The notes beneath the pieces were generated by a model. That model worked only from the letters and a program-made list of their open reading frames with translations, was not told the DNA's origin and ran no database searches. Positions 63,795-64,000 of a stretch of 64,000 nt of DNA are shown here, piece after piece. Position numbers and translations under genes: made by a program. The stretch's first letter is position 1; every line of letters starts with the position of its first letter. This DNA comes from Vermamoeba vermiformis (lineage: Eukaryota): the NCBI GenBank assembly GCA_045837725.1, contig JBEWZL010000044.1, forward strand, positions 62,001 through 126,000, read 5' to 3'.

Positions 63795-64000
63795 CTATAT
63801 AATAAGGTTAGAGATTGCTAATTATTGTAATTAGATTGCGCATCCATTAATAGTCCGAATCCAAAAACTTTAAATTATTTGTAAGCCAGCAAATTCGAAT
63901 TTGCATTTGCATACGCTAAAATTGAGGTAATCGAAGATGCAATAATTCATCTGCGATTGATTTTCCGTTCATGAAAACAAGAAAAAACTTTGAAGATCCG

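Overview
Gene-dense eukaryotic DNA from what looks like a free-living protist (amoebozoan-like gene content; the organism cannot be identified from this window). It uses the standard genetic code, has many short AT-rich GT-AG introns with CTAA(C/T) branch sites, and has short intergenic spacers. Because of splicing, the ORF track fragments or misses most genes; manual exon joining gives about 30 genes. In order: a NADPH oxidase 3' end, an F-box/START protein, a hidden 2-TM gene, four tandem GT31 glycosyltransferases, a 1.1 kb non-autonomous TIR element with a 5-bp TSD, an NMNAT-like/APH-EcKL kinase fusion, F-box-ankyrin, TPR, SAM-only, EGF-rich surface, penta-EF-hand, TTC4/CNS1 (with an intronic H/ACA-like RNA), beta-carbonic anhydrase, an SRS/SHI-type zinc-finger protein, DUSP, a CCR4/PDE12-like nuclease, a secreted deaminase, a divergent Ras, two Kelch-EGF receptor tyrosine-type kinases flanking three secreted paralogues, a strongly CpG-depleted SAM-NTPase-REase (Crinkler/RHS-like) gene, a GPI protein, and a Delta-9 desaturase fused to a His-less FAD6/DesA-like domain. 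Strongest novelty candidates: the NMNAT-kinase fusion, the pseudo-Delta12/Delta9/b5 fusion, the CpG-depleted effector island, the intronic structured RNA, the 'plant-type' SRS finger, and two recurrent intronic palindromic motifs. All exon joins and counts were made by eye; no database searches were run.
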